Notes under the pieces: generated by a model
The model's input: the letters and a program-made list of their open reading frames with translations, nothing else
The model's database searches: none
Told to the model about the DNA's origin: nothing
Translations under genes and position numbers: made by a program
In this document: positions 42,207-56,978 of the stretch, in pieces
Position numbering within the stretch: the first letter of the stretch is position 1
Layout: every line of letters begins with the position of its first letter
DNA from: Eledone cirrhosa
Lineage: Eukaryota
DNA: 64,000 bases
Assembly: GCA_964016885.1 (NCBI GenBank)
Contig: OZ024743.1
Coordinates: 15,190,001-15,254,000, forward strand
Direction: 5' to 3'

Positions 42207-42390
42207 GTATATGTATATATATGTATATGTCTATATATATATATATGTATGTATATATAGATATGTATATAATATGTATATGTCTATATATATGTATATG
42301 TATATGTCTATATATATGTATATGTATATATATATATGTGTGTATATATATGTATATGTATATATATGTATATGTATGTGGATATATATG

Positions 42391-42421
<31 letters not shown>

Positions 42422-42504
42422 ATGTATATGTATGTATATATATATATGTATATGTATGTATATATATATATATGTATGTATATATATATATATGTATATG
42501 TATG

Positions 42505-42541
<37 letters not shown>

Positions 42542-42719
42542 GTATATGTATGTATATATATATATATATGTATATGTATATGTATGTATATATATATATA
42601 TATATGTATATGTATGTGTATATGTATATATATATATGTATATGTATGTATATATATATATGTATATGTATATATATATGTATATGTATATATATATATA
42701 TGTATATGTATGTATATGT

Positions 42720-43115
42720 AATTAAATTAAATAAAATAAGATAAATAAATACATACACAAGCACATAAACACACACTAGTCACCCAGCAGACACAACACT
42801 ATACACACTAGTCACACATCACACATAACACTATACACACACGCAAACGCATGCGCAAAGAAGACAAAATAAAATAAGATAAACAAACAAGCAAATAAAT
42901 AAATAAATATATAGACAGACTGAACAAAAAAATGGCGTAGACATACAACACAACAGGAGGAACAATGAATATAACACCACTGACGATGTTGCAGATGTGC
43001 AACGAAAGATTTATATAAACTATATATATATGTGTTTGTCTATATTGTATCTGTATTATTTTTGACCGCCGGTCAGTCAATGGCAACATTGAGGACCGAG
43101 TAAGTTAGATCGCAG
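42720..43115 (+). mobile_element. PLE pseudo-LTR-like fragment with partly decayed HHR (42975-43034)
   Basis: CACCA-CTGACGA-tGTTGCA gatg TGCAAC-GAAAG..CTA; the 3' arm of stem I is disturbed by a TA run. Confidence 0.55.
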
Positions 43116-43136
43116 ATATATATATATAAAAGACAG

Positions 43137-43228
43137 CGAGAAGCGAAAACCAACCAAACAGTGAGTGTGTTCTGTTATTAATTCTGGCAATATTACGCAA
43201 ATATGACCCTCCCCAAATATAACAATAT
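43137..43228 (+). repeat. Dispersed repeat ending ATGACCCTCCC..TATAACAATAT+(TA)n
   Basis: Homologous to 58835-58927 and, at its 3' end, to 25612-25637. Confidence 0.7.
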
Positions 43229-43591
43229 ATGTATATGTATATATATATGTATATGTATATATATATATATGTATATGTATGTATATATATATATGTATAT
43301 GTATGTATATATATATATGTATATGTATGTATATATATATATGTATATGTATGTATATATATATATGTATATGTATGTATATATGTATATGTATGTATAT
43401 ATATATATATATATGTATATGTATATATATATATGTATATATATATATGTATGTATACATATATGTATATATATATATGTATGTATACATATATGTATAT
43501 ATATATGTATATATATATATATTTATATGTATATATATATATATGTATATGTATATATATATGTATATGTATATATATGTATATATATATG

Positions 43592-43638
<47 letters not shown>

Positions 43639-43771
43639 CTATGTATATATATGTATATATATATATATATGTATGTATATATATCTATGTATATATATAT
43701 ATATATATGTATATATATGTATATGTATATATATATGTATCTATATGTATATGTATCTATATGTATATGTG

Positions 43772-43971
43772 NNNNNNNNNNNNNNNNNNNNNNNNNNNNN
43801 NNNNNNNNNNNNNNNNNNNNNNNNNNNNNNNNNNNNNNNNNNNNNNNNNNNNNNNNNNNNNNNNNNNNNNNNNNNNNNNNNNNNNNNNNNNNNNNNNNNN
43901 NNNNNNNNNNNNNNNNNNNNNNNNNNNNNNNNNNNNNNNNNNNNNNNNNNNNNNNNNNNNNNNNNNNNNNN
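43772..43971. other. Assembly gap (200 N)
   Basis: N run. Confidence 1.
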
Positions 43972-44283
43972 ACCGTGACCATCTCCACTGAAAGTTTTCG
44001 TGAAATAGTCTTCAAGACTATACAGAGCATTTGTAGTTGTCCCAAATTGAAGAATGAGTATTTTAAACTTTATTTTATCATGAGTTATGGCTCTATTGAT
44101 TCTTCCATGGATTTCACTAAATTCTGTTGGATGAATCTATATCCTGATTCTTTTTGAGTTGAGTTTGAATTATTTTTCCCACATCTTACGTTAACTATTT
44201 TCCCATTTTTACGCTGTATTCACTTATATATTATAGAATTCTGTTGGCTCTTTGCTACGATATTTTCTATACCTTTCATTTAT

Positions 44284-44626
<343 letters not shown>

Positions 44627-44639
44627 TATATATATATGT

Positions 44640-44720
<81 letters not shown>

Positions 44721-44755
44721 TATATATATACACATATAAATATATGAATATATAT

Positions 44756-44886
<131 letters not shown>

Positions 44887-44889
44887 TAC

Positions 44890-45040
<151 letters not shown>

Positions 45041-45048
45041 TATATGTA

Positions 45049-45106
<58 letters not shown>

Positions 45107-45278
45107 CATATATATATATATATATATACAGTTTTTTTCGTTGTGTTGTAATATAAATATTACACACAGTAGATTATCAGCTCACGTAGAGTTTGCTCGA
45201 CGGTTCCAGTTGTAGTTCCAAAAGTAATCCGGAGAAAAATAGAAAGATTTGAATGGATACAGTTTAGTTGAAAGGAAT

Positions 45279-45395
45279 TTATTGACACGTGTTTCTATAA
45301 CAGTTACATAACCTAAAACAGCTATCTACAAACTTTTAGTTATGCAGACATTCAATATTTCAATGTTATTGTTTACTGTCATTTCATCAGAATAA
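45279..45395 (-). ncRNA. Expanded type I hammerhead ribozyme (element B)
   Basis: Mirror of 52897-53013. Confidence 0.72.
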
Positions 45396-45996
45396 TATTA
45401 CTGAGGACCTATTTAGTTTTTATAGAGAATATTAGGAGGAAGGGGTGAAGTTGTTAGAAGAATAGTTGAAGGAGTGGTTTTTCGATAGCAGTGAGAATTC
45501 TTGGTGGCAGTGATTAATTAGATTCCCATCTGTTGTTTTGACATTTTTTATAGAATATATTATTGGTTATTTTTCTAAATCTATAGAAGGATTAGAGATA
45601 GTAAAGATATGCGTGGTTGGTTTTGTGTTTGCACTTAACATTCAGACTTAAATTTTTCTTTCAAGTGTACGTATTCTTTCACCCACGCATTCACACACAA
45701 ATATATTTGCACACCTCTACAAAATACATATACTCACAATTCACATATTCATACTTACATATATATACACATGCATACACATATATATACACACTTGTAT
45801 TCATGTACATACATACGCGCTCATGTGTATACATTTTCATACTCAACTTATCTTTATATATACACACGTATAGACACACACATATATACATACATACTCT
45901 AGTCCATGTGTACACACATACACATACATACACATCCATATACACATACATACATACACATATATATATACATATATACATATACATATATATACG

Positions 45997-46028
<32 letters not shown>

Positions 46029-46045
46029 CATATATACACACATAT

Positions 46046-46080
<35 letters not shown>

Positions 46081-46349
46081 AGCACTTTAATACATGAATA
46101 CACTTACATCTAACTATACACATCAAACATATATATATATTTACTTATTTATATACATTTTCACATATATATACATACTTATGGACGTTTTTAGACACAT
46201 TCATTATCGCATATTTGTACCTATTCTCATCAGCATATCTTTTCATTATTAGTATGGTAATTCAAGGTTATTAATATATGTTGAAAAGAGATTGTTTTTA
46301 TATTTTTCTAACTAGATTAAGGTTTATATAGTTGGGGGATGTCCCTCTT

Positions 46350-48671
46350 TTATGTAATATTCGGCTTGTACTGGGAAAAAAGGGTTTTAGTTCTGTGACG
46401 GCAGAATAATGTTCGTTCAATTCTGTTATTCAGCAGTTTCTTCTTGTGTGTGATTATGTAATAAATCTCAAGATTACACAATTTGCAGAAATTTTGGCTC
46501 CTGGAAAAGCTTTGGGTTTTAGCTAATTTTTCCCATTTTAGGGTAAACTTTTGATTGCTATCCCTGAGCGTCCAAGCTTTCTCTGCTAAAGTTGTTACAT
46601 TTCTTTGGCTCTGGTGTTTTATTGAGTAAGAATGCCTATACAATCGAGATTTAAACGATGTTGCCGTTGATCCCACGTAATACCACTCGTTGCCTCCGGA
46701 TTTAATGGTACACTTATAAATAATATTTTTTTCCAGGCAGTTATTGCCGAGGGGGCAGTTGTCAGGATAGGTGCAGTTACAGTTGTGTACGTTGGGTTTT
46801 CTCTGGAGTAGTATTGCGGACGAACTTAGGTGTGGTTTATTTATGTTCTGTAGTGTATTGTCTACTGTTTTTTTGGGGTTCTTTGTACTTAAGTTCTTAG
46901 TGTTTTCGTTTAACCTTCTAGTATTGATCTTTTTTATGTGTTGTTCAAGGTTTAACGCTGTAGAGTATGACAGTCTTATAGTGGTAGGGTTTAGGATTTT
47001 GTGGTATTTGTGTGATGTGGGAAAATGTCTTTTAATTATTTTAAAGAAGAGTACTGGTAAATTTGTACTAATGGAGCTATTGTATTCGGGGTTATACCAT
47101 AAGTACTCTTTGCATCGCTTTCTATTAGTTTTGTTTGTTGGTTTACTGGTGTGCATACTATGGTAGTAAGTGTGGTTTGGTGTTGTGTTATTATATCTAC
47201 CTATGTGGGATTTATTTTGGGTGTTTTGATTGTTCCCATCTATGTACTCTATTTTGTTGAGGTAGCCTGCTTTACTAAGGGCGTTATCGTAGTACTCGGC
47301 GTGTTCCTTAAATACTTGTATGTTAGAAGATAGACCCGAGATTCTAAGGGAAATATTTTTAGGGATAGATTTAATTATAGAGATGGGGTGGTTAGACCCA
47401 ACATTTACGTATTTGAGATTTTCATTCAATTTATGAAACGGTTTAATCAAACCAGAGTTTAAATTGAGTGTGACATCCAGGAAGTTAACTACTTTAAGGT
47501 TGTATTCATATGTTATAGTTAGTCCTATTTCGAGTAGTAGTTTTCTTATATCTTTGCGTAGTTTTTCTAGTTTTTGGTTATTAAGGTTTTTAGCTAGGAG
47601 GAGAACATCGTCGCGGTATATTCCGCCGTGGAGATTGCTGAATTTTTCCTGGAGTCTAAAGGCGATAAATAACCCCACAATATCAGTTATTTCCGCCGAA
47701 TCGTTAGAGCCCATTGTTATGTCAAAGTTAGAGGGTCTATCTTTACGTACCCAATAACTGTTCTCAAATTTGACTATAGTTTTCCTAGCTTCTAATATAA
47801 TCTTAATTTCATCGTTTGTAAGGTCAGAGTTATCCTTAGCAAACTTAATGGCTCTATTCAAAGTTTCAGGTGATATCGATGAGTAATATTCATCGATATC
47901 AAACTGGATAAACTTAGATTTATTCTTATTGCTAATGCTATTAAACCATCTTATTGCTTCTTGGGTCTTCCCCCAGAGTTTAATGTTAACCTTAGCCTTA
48001 ATTTGGGGGATGATTCTATCTAAGATATATTTGCTTATTTTACCTATATCTGATTTAGAGGGGCAGATTAATCTAATTTTAGGGTCATTATCAAAGTTTA
48101 CCTTGTGGTCCTTAAGATTGAAAGTGGGTACCGCCGGTAAGAGTGGTCCTGTCCTATCTTCGATTCCGAGATTTTTCACTATTTCGCATGCCTCATCATT
48201 GATGTGCTTAAGGGTTATTTCACTCGTTTTTCTATATATTTTATGTAATTCTTTTCGAATGAAGTTGTTGTATGTAGTGCAATCCATAGTGTACAGGTTT
48301 GATGTTTTGTCCGCTTTTACTACAATTCCTTTGGTGTTTTTAAGGTCGTCCAGTAGTTTTTTTATATCTTTCTGTAATTTGCTGTTGGTGTTGCGTCCTT
48401 TGAATTTAATTTTAAGGATTAAGTTCATAAGGTCCTGCTCAAATGCATCTAATAGTGGGTTGGTGGGTGGGTTTTTACAAGTCCTAAAACCGAATTTTTT
48501 GTTTACACCACTTTCTAATGTTGAGTTCATACGGCTTCTATCATAGTGGAGCGTTTTCCACCTGACACGTCGAATGAATTCATTAGTTTTTTGAATCATG
48601 CTCAATAAATATTCCTTTCTACCTTGGGTTGGTATGTTTTTGAGTGACATATCCAGGTAGTGTTTTTCCAT
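46350..48671 (-). CDS. PLE RT + GIY-YIG endonuclease, intact 773 aa
   Basis: SLKNIP, KADKT, QFDIDEYYSSI, MGSNDSAE, YRDD, VNFLDVTLNL, CNC..CPL..CL, IIY..YVGST, CKLC, CRH. Confidence 0.95.
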   Translation of the reverse strand: MEKHYLDMSLKNIPTQGRKEYLLSMIQKTNEFIRRVRWKTLHYDRSRMNSTLESGVNKKFGFRTCKNPPTNPLLDAFEQDLMNLILKIKFKGRNTNSKLQKDIKKLLDDLKNTKGIVVKADKTSNLYTMDCTTYNNFIRKELHKIYRKTSEITLKHINDEACEIVKNLGIEDRTGPLLPAVPTFNLKDHKVNFDNDPKIRLICPSKSDIGKISKYILDRIIPQIKAKVNIKLWGKTQEAIRWFNSISNKNKSKFIQFDIDEYYSSISPETLNRAIKFAKDNSDLTNDEIKIILEARKTIVKFENSYWVRKDRPSNFDITMGSNDSAEITDIVGLFIAFRLQEKFSNLHGGIYRDDVLLLAKNLNNQKLEKLRKDIRKLLLEIGLTITYEYNLKVVNFLDVTLNLNSGLIKPFHKLNENLKYVNVGSNHPISIIKSIPKNISLRISGLSSNIQVFKEHAEYYDNALSKAGYLNKIEYIDGNNQNTQNKSHIGRYNNTTPNHTYYHSMHTSKPTNKTNRKRCKEYLWYNPEYNSSISTNLPVLFFKIIKRHFPTSHKYHKILNPTTIRLSYSTALNLEQHIKKINTRRLNENTKNLSTKNPKKTVDNTLQNINKPHLSSSAILLQRKPNVHNCNCTYPDNCPLGNNCLEKNIIYKCTIKSGGNEWYYVGSTATSFKSRLYRHSYSIKHQSQRNVTTLAEKAWTLRDSNQKFTLKWEKLAKTQSFSRSQNFCKLCNLEIYYIITHKKKLLNNRIERTLFCRHRTKTLFSQYKPNIT

Positions 48672-48875
48672 TGTTGTGGTTGCGTTTGCTGTGTGGGTTG
48701 CTCGACTTTACAGGAGGTAAATATACAGTTTTTTTCGTTGTGTTGTAATATAAATATTACACACAGTAGATTATCAGCTCACGTAGAGTTTGCTCGACGG
48801 TTCCAGTTGTAGTTCCAAAAGTAATCCGGAGAAAAATAGAAAGATTTGAATGGATACAGTTTAGTTGAAAGGAAT

Positions 48876-48992
48876 TTATTGACACGTGTTTCTATAACAG
48901 TTACATAACCTAAAACAGCTATCTACAAACTTTTAGTTATGCAGACATTCAATATTTCAATGTTATTGTTTACTGTCATTTCATCAGAATAA
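48876..48992 (-). ncRNA. Expanded type I hammerhead ribozyme (element B, upstream pseudo-LTR)
   Basis: Direct repeat of 45279-45395. Confidence 0.72.
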
Positions 48993-49620
48993 TATTACTG
49001 AGGACCTATTTAGTTTTTATAGAGAATATTAGGAGGAAGGGGTGAAGTTGTTAGAAGAATAGTTGAAGGAGTGGTTTTTCGATAGCAGTGAGAATTCTTG
49101 GTGGCAGTGATTAATTAGATTCCCATCTGTTGTTTTGACATTTTTTATAGAATATATTATTGGTTATTTTTCTAAATCTATAGAAGGATTAGAGATAGTA
49201 AAGATATGCGTGGTTGGTTTTGTGTTTGCACTTAACATTCAGACTTAAATTTTTCTTTCAAGTGTACGTATTCTTTCACCCACGCATTCACACACAAATA
49301 TATTTGCACACCTCTACAAAATACATATACTCACAATTCACATATTCATACTTACATATATATACACATGCATACACATATATATACACACTTGTTATAG
49401 AAACACGTGTCAATAAATTCCTTTCAACTAAACTGTATCCATTCAAATCTTTCTATTTTTCTCCGGATTACTTTTGGAACTACAACTGGAACCGTCGAGC
49501 AAACTCTACGTGAGCTGATAATCTACTGTGTGTAATATTTATATTACAACACAACGAAAAAAACTGTATATTTACCTCCTGTAAAGTCGAGCAACCCACA
49601 CAGCAAACGCAACCACAACA

Positions 49621-51942
49621 ATGGAAAAACACTACCTGGATATGTCACTCAAAAACATACCAACCCAAGGTAGAAAGGAATATTTATTGAGCATGATTCA
49701 AAAAACTAATGAATTCATTCGACGTGTCAGGTGGAAAACGCTCCACTATGATAGAAGCCGTATGAACTCAACATTAGAAAGTGGTGTAAACAAAAAATTC
49801 GGTTTTAGGACTTGTAAAAACCCACCCACCAACCCACTATTAGATGCATTTGAGCAGGACCTTATGAACTTAATCCTTAAAATTAAATTCAAAGGACGCA
49901 ACACCAACAGCAAATTACAGAAAGATATAAAAAAACTACTGGACGACCTTAAAAACACCAAAGGAATTGTAGTAAAAGCGGACAAAACATCAAACCTGTA
50001 CACTATGGATTGCACTACATACAACAACTTCATTCGAAAAGAATTACATAAAAAATATAGAAAAACGAGTGAAATAACCCTTAAGCACATCAATGATGAG
50101 GCATGCGAAATAGTGAAAAATCTCGGAATCGAAGATAGGACAGGACCACTCTTACCGGCGGTACCCACTTTTAATCTTAAGGACCACAAGGTAAACTTTG
50201 ATAATGACCCTAAAATTAGATTAATCTGCCCCTCTAAATCAGATATAGGTAAAATAAGCAAATATATCTTAGATAGAATCATCCCCCAAATTAAGGCTAA
50301 GGTTAACATTAAACTCTGGGGGAAGACCCAAGAAGCAATAAGATGGTTTAATAGCATTAGCAATAAGAATAAATCTAAGTTTATCCAGTTTGATATCGAT
50401 GAATATTACTCATCGATATCACCTGAAACTTTGAATAGAGCCATTAAGTTTGCTAAGGATAACTCTGACCTTACAAACGATGAAATTAAGATTATATTAG
50501 AAGCTAGGAAAACTATAGTCAAATTTGAGAACAGTTATTGGGTACGTAAAGATAGACCCTCTAACTTTGACATAACAATGGGCTCTAACGATTCGGCGGA
50601 AATAACTGATATTGTGGGGTTATTTATCGCCTTTAGACTCCAGGAAAAATTCAGCAATCTCCACGGCGGAATATACCGCGACGATGTTCTCCTCCTAGCT
50701 AAAAACCTTAATAACCAAAAACTAGAAAAACTACGCAAAGATATAAGAAAACTACTACTCGAAATAGGACTAACTATAACATATGAATACAACCTTAAAG
50801 TAGTTAACTTCCTGGATGTCACACTCAATTTAAACTCTGGTTTGATTAAACCGTTTCATAAATTGAATGAAAATCTCAAATACGTAAATGTTGGGTCTAA
50901 CCACCCCATCTCTATAATTAAATCTATCCCTAAAAATATTTCCCTTAGAATCTCGGGTCTATCTTCTAACATACAAGTATTTAAGGAACACGCCGAGTAC
51001 TACGATAACGCCCTTAGTAAAGCAGGCTACCTCAACAAAATAGAGTACATAGATGGGAACAATCAAAACACCCAAAATAAATCCCACATAGGTAGATATA
51101 ATAACACAACACCAAACCACACTTACTACCATAGTATGCACACCAGTAAACCAACAAACAAAACTAATAGAAAACGATGCAAAGAGTACTTATGGTATAA
51201 CCCCGAATACAATAGCTCCATTAGTACAAATTTACCAGTACTCTTCTTTAAAATAATTAAAAGACATTTTCCCACATCACACAAATACCACAAAATCCTA
51301 AACCCTACCACTATAAGACTGTCATACTCTACAGCGTTAAACCTTGAACAACACATAAAAAAGATCAATACTAGAAGGTTAAACGAAAACACTAAGAACT
51401 TAAGTACAAAGAACCCCAAAAAAACAGTAGACAATACACTACAGAACATAAATAAACCACACCTAAGTTCGTCCGCAATACTACTCCAGAGAAAACCCAA
51501 CGTACACAACTGTAACTGCACCTATCCTGACAACTGCCCCCTCGGCAATAACTGCCTGGAAAAAAATATTATTTATAAGTGTACCATTAAATCCGGAGGC
51601 AACGAGTGGTATTACGTGGGATCAACGGCAACATCGTTTAAATCTCGATTGTATAGGCATTCTTACTCAATAAAACACCAGAGCCAAAGAAATGTAACAA
51701 CTTTAGCAGAGAAAGCTTGGACGCTCAGGGATAGCAATCAAAAGTTTACCCTAAAATGGGAAAAATTAGCTAAAACCCAAAGCTTTTCCAGGAGCCAAAA
51801 TTTCTGCAAATTGTGTAATCTTGAGATTTATTACATAATCACACACAAGAAGAAACTGCTGAATAACAGAATTGAACGAACATTATTCTGCCGTCACAGA
51901 ACTAAAACCCTTTTTTCCCACTACAAGCCGAATATTACATAA
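49621..51942 (+). CDS. PLE RT + GIY-YIG endonuclease, intact 773 aa
   Basis: Same protein as 46350-48671 except for 2 residues (K/I, H/Q). Confidence 0.95.
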   Translation: MEKHYLDMSLKNIPTQGRKEYLLSMIQKTNEFIRRVRWKTLHYDRSRMNSTLESGVNKKFGFRTCKNPPTNPLLDAFEQDLMNLILKIKFKGRNTNSKLQKDIKKLLDDLKNTKGIVVKADKTSNLYTMDCTTYNNFIRKELHKKYRKTSEITLKHINDEACEIVKNLGIEDRTGPLLPAVPTFNLKDHKVNFDNDPKIRLICPSKSDIGKISKYILDRIIPQIKAKVNIKLWGKTQEAIRWFNSISNKNKSKFIQFDIDEYYSSISPETLNRAIKFAKDNSDLTNDEIKIILEARKTIVKFENSYWVRKDRPSNFDITMGSNDSAEITDIVGLFIAFRLQEKFSNLHGGIYRDDVLLLAKNLNNQKLEKLRKDIRKLLLEIGLTITYEYNLKVVNFLDVTLNLNSGLIKPFHKLNENLKYVNVGSNHPISIIKSIPKNISLRISGLSSNIQVFKEHAEYYDNALSKAGYLNKIEYIDGNNQNTQNKSHIGRYNNTTPNHTYYHSMHTSKPTNKTNRKRCKEYLWYNPEYNSSISTNLPVLFFKIIKRHFPTSHKYHKILNPTTIRLSYSTALNLEQHIKKINTRRLNENTKNLSTKNPKKTVDNTLQNINKPHLSSSAILLQRKPNVHNCNCTYPDNCPLGNNCLEKNIIYKCTIKSGGNEWYYVGSTATSFKSRLYRHSYSIKHQSQRNVTTLAEKAWTLRDSNQKFTLKWEKLAKTQSFSRSQNFCKLCNLEIYYIITHKKKLLNNRIERTLFCRHRTKTLFSHYKPNIT

Positions 51943-52211
51943 AAGAGGGACATCCCCCAACTATATAAACCTTAATCTAGTTAGAAAAATATAAAAACAA
52001 TCTCTTTTCAACATATATTAATAACCTTGAATTACCATACTAATAATGAAAAGATATGCTGATGAGAATAGGTACAAATATGCGATAATGAATGTGTCTA
52101 AAAACGTCCATAAGTATGTATATATATGTGAAAATGTATATAAATAAGTAAATATATATATATGTTTGATGTGTATAGTTAGATGTAAGTGTATTCATGT
52201 ATTAAAGTGCT

Positions 52212-52246
<35 letters not shown>

Positions 52247-52263
52247 ATATGTGTGTATATATG

Positions 52264-52295
<32 letters not shown>

Positions 52296-52896
52296 CGTAT
52301 ATATATGTATATGTATATATGTATATATATATGTGTATGTATGTATGTGTATATGGATGTGTATGTATGTGTATGTGTGTACACATGGACTAGAGTATGT
52401 ATGTATATATGTGTGTGTCTATACGTGTGTATATATAAAGATAAGTTGAGTATGAAAATGTATACACATGAGCGCGTATGTATGTACATGAATACAAGTG
52501 TGTATATATATGTGTATGCATGTGTATATATATGTAAGTATGAATATGTGAATTGTGAGTATATGTATTTTGTAGAGGTGTGCAAATATATTTGTGTGTG
52601 AATGCGTGGGTGAAAGAATACGTACACTTGAAAGAAAAATTTAAGTCTGAATGTTAAGTGCAAACACAAAACCAACCACGCATATCTTTACTATCTCTAA
52701 TCCTTCTATAGATTTAGAAAAATAACCAATAATATATTCTATAAAAAATGTCAAAACAACAGATGGGAATCTAATTAATCACTGCCACCAAGAATTCTCA
52801 CTGCTATCGAAAAACCACTCCTTCAACTATTCTTCTAACAACTTCACCCCTTCCTCCTAATATTCTCTATAAAAACTAAATAGGTCCTCAGTAATA

Positions 52897-53013
52897 TTAT
52901 TCTGATGAAATGACAGTAAACAATAACATTGAAATATTGAATGTCTGCATAACTAAAAGTTTGTAGATAGCTGTTTTAGGTTATGTAACTGTTATAGAAA
53001 CACGTGTCAATAA
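52897..53013 (+). ncRNA. Expanded type I hammerhead ribozyme (element B)
   Basis: TTATT-CTGATGA-a ATGACAGT [70 nt, two hairpins] ACTGTTAT a-GAAAC ACGT GTC^-AATAA. Confidence 0.75.
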
Positions 53014-53047
53014 ATTCCTTTCAACTAAACTGTATCCATTCAAATCT

Positions 53048-53170
<123 letters not shown>

Positions 53171-53171
53171 C

Positions 53172-53246
<75 letters not shown>

Positions 53247-53247
53247 C

Positions 53248-54146
<899 letters not shown>

Positions 54147-54284
54147 ATATATATATGTAGGAGGTGAATTTTATTGTAGTACAATAAAGCAATGCATATA
54201 TCGGATAAGGAGCACTCTACAGTTTGTAGGACTGGAGTATACATAATATATAAGATCAAAAGATGGTTAAATGAGTTCCATGTA

Positions 54285-54351
54285 TTTTATTATGCGAATT
54301 TCAAAAACAAATATCATCATGCAATAGCATTTTTGTTTTCATCAGATAAAA
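54285..54351 (-). ncRNA. Type I hammerhead ribozyme with long stem II (same family as 34507), within the minus fragment ~54160-54410
   Basis: TTTTAT-CTGATGA-long stem II-GAAAT TCGC ATA^-ATAAAA. Confidence 0.75.
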
Positions 54352-54410
54352 TAGGAGGACATGATATGAAGGTTAAAAACACTTGTGGATAGTGCAGTTT
54401 TAAATCAACA

Positions 54411-56978
54411 TTCTTTCCTTCTTCTGCTCCTTCCACCCCTCCCTCCACTTCACCACCTCTATCTCCACCACCCACGTCCACTTCTTAGACATCTCCGTCG
54501 CCTTCGACCCCTCCCACCACTCCCTCGTCACCTCCGCCTTCTTCAAACCCACCGACTCCCACTCTTACCTCGACTTCACCTCTTCCCACCCACACTAAAC
54601 ACTCCATTCCCTACTCCCAACTCCTCAGGATCCGCCGCCTCTGTAGCCGAGATGCTGACTTCGAGTCCCAGGCCCTTTCTCTAGTCAGCCATTTCATCCG
54701 CAGAGGTTACCCCCCTCTCTCGTCCACACCGCTCTCACCCGCGCCCGTGCTGTCCACCGCTCCACCACCCTCACCCCACCCACCGTCTCCCCTTCCCCAT
54801 CACCTACCACCCCTCCACCTTACCCCTCCACCTCACCATCCGCCGCCTCTTCCGACGCCTCCAGTCCGACCCCTCCACCTCCCACAATTTCCCAACCCCA
54901 CCACTCCCCTCCTTCAAACGCGCACGCAATCTCTGCACCCTCCTCGTCCACAGCTCCCTACCCCCCAACCCACGCTCTGTTCGCCCCCCCCCCCGTTTCT
55001 TTTACCTGTTCTAGGCCCCGCTGCAATACCTGTCCCCAAATCACCAACACCACCACCTTCCAGGGTCCCAACGGCCACTCTCTCTCTGTCCGGCATGACT
55101 TCCGCTGCGCCTCCTCCAACCTAGTCTACGGATTTCGCTGCACTGAGTGCATTGCGACTTATGTCGGACAGACGGGACGTCGCTTGGCGGACCGATTCAC
55201 TGAGCACCTCCGGGATATTCGTCTCGGTGGTAGTTCCCCCATCGCCCGCCATTTTGGTGACCCTGGACATTCCGCACGCCTACTCCAATGCCACGGAACA
55301 CCCGCCAATCGCCTTAGAGTCGAACAAAGAACTATCTTCATCTTACAGACCAACACTCCCCTCGGCCTGAACTCCCCACCCTTATTCCTTTAGCCTTCGA
55401 CCGCCCACCTCCCCCCACACTTATCCCCCACTAACACCACTAATACACCCCTCCTTTTCACCGCCCACCCCACAACTAACAATACTAACACCTCCACTCC
55501 ACCCCTCATCCGACCACCCTTCCCCAACTAACATACTAACATCCCTCCCTTCTTCTCCTCCCCCCTCCTTATCACACGCACACACCCACCAGCACATATA
55601 TACACGCGCTCACACTAAACACACACCCTACTACCACCACTAACCCTCACCCCCACACCTCCATCCCACTACCCCGCAACTAACCTCAATAACACCCCCT
55701 GACACCAAGCACACGAACACACGCACCCACTTACACCACCCACCCCACACGCAACTAACATCAGTAACACCACCCAACCCCACGCACACGTACCCACAAC
55801 TCTACACACCCTACCACCACTAACCCCCACTCACACCTGCATTCAACCCTTTCCCCACCTCCCGTATACTAACACCCAGTAACACCCCCTTCATCAAACT
55901 ACACACACACCAGTACACCACACTCCCTCCATAGAACTACACACACCCTTCTCTCCCCGCTCCACCCACACCCTCGCTCCACACTCACTCATCCCACTAA
56001 CACCTCTACTAATACACACTCACAGCTTCCTCACTCCAACTTTCACACCTACCCATCCTCGCCCCTTTACCATTCCACCCGACTGCTGCTATGCCCTCTG
56101 ACCACCTCCCAGCACAAACAGACACACAGCACTCCCACCGCTTGACCACTTCCTGTTGCGCGCGCACCCCACATCTCGCCTCTTCCGACCATCTCTTTAT
56201 GGAATACTCGTATGGGGAACTTGACCACCAAGGAATCTACTAAACATCATAGGAATTTACCAACATTTCAACCATCCTCTTACGGAATCACCTATATAAC
56301 TCACCCTCACACACACCCCAAAAATGTTGTTTCTCCCACACGCCACCTACACCCACAACACGCTTAAACCCCACACGCACGTGATTTCCACCACATATTT
56401 ACACCCTCAGCCTCCTGATTCCTCTCCCCCCCACCCCTCTATCCACACACGCACAGACACTCCGACCTACAACCCCCCCCCCACACACACCTCTTCCTGA
56501 ACATGCAACCCCGTTCTTCCGCCAACCCTTACTTTCACATACACACACACACACACACGTACACCAACACACACACACCATCTTCAGCCCTCCCCGCTCG
56601 GACACCCCGTGTCCCTCTCCCCACTCCACCCGCCACCACCCCTACACACCCCACACCCTTCCACCACCTGTTTTACCTCTTTTTAATTTCAGTTTATTTT
56701 GATCATGCTTTTATATTTATTTTTATTTCATTCCTTTTATTTTGATCATACTTTAATTTTATTTTCATTTTTAATTTCATTCGCACCGTTTCCTTTCGCT
56801 ATATGTCTCTCCACCACACCCCTACACACCCTTTGAACTCTGTTCCCACACACTTCTCACCGGAGGAAGGGCTTATGCCCGAAACGTCGTTCCCCACCAC
56901 CACCCCACTCTCCACAGCGTGAAATTAATAAACATTCGTTGTACTGCCTCTCTGTTTTGTTCCTGTTCAAATTTTTCC

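Noticed and set aside
46771-51521. Antisense ORFs of 97-205 aa overlapping the PLE ORFs
   Set aside because: Shadows of A-rich codon usage with no motifs.
52902-52944. Compact hammerhead using GAAA at 52931
   Set aside because: It would need a UUG triplet (not NUH); the distal GAAAC-ACGT-GTC gives a canonical site and better stems.
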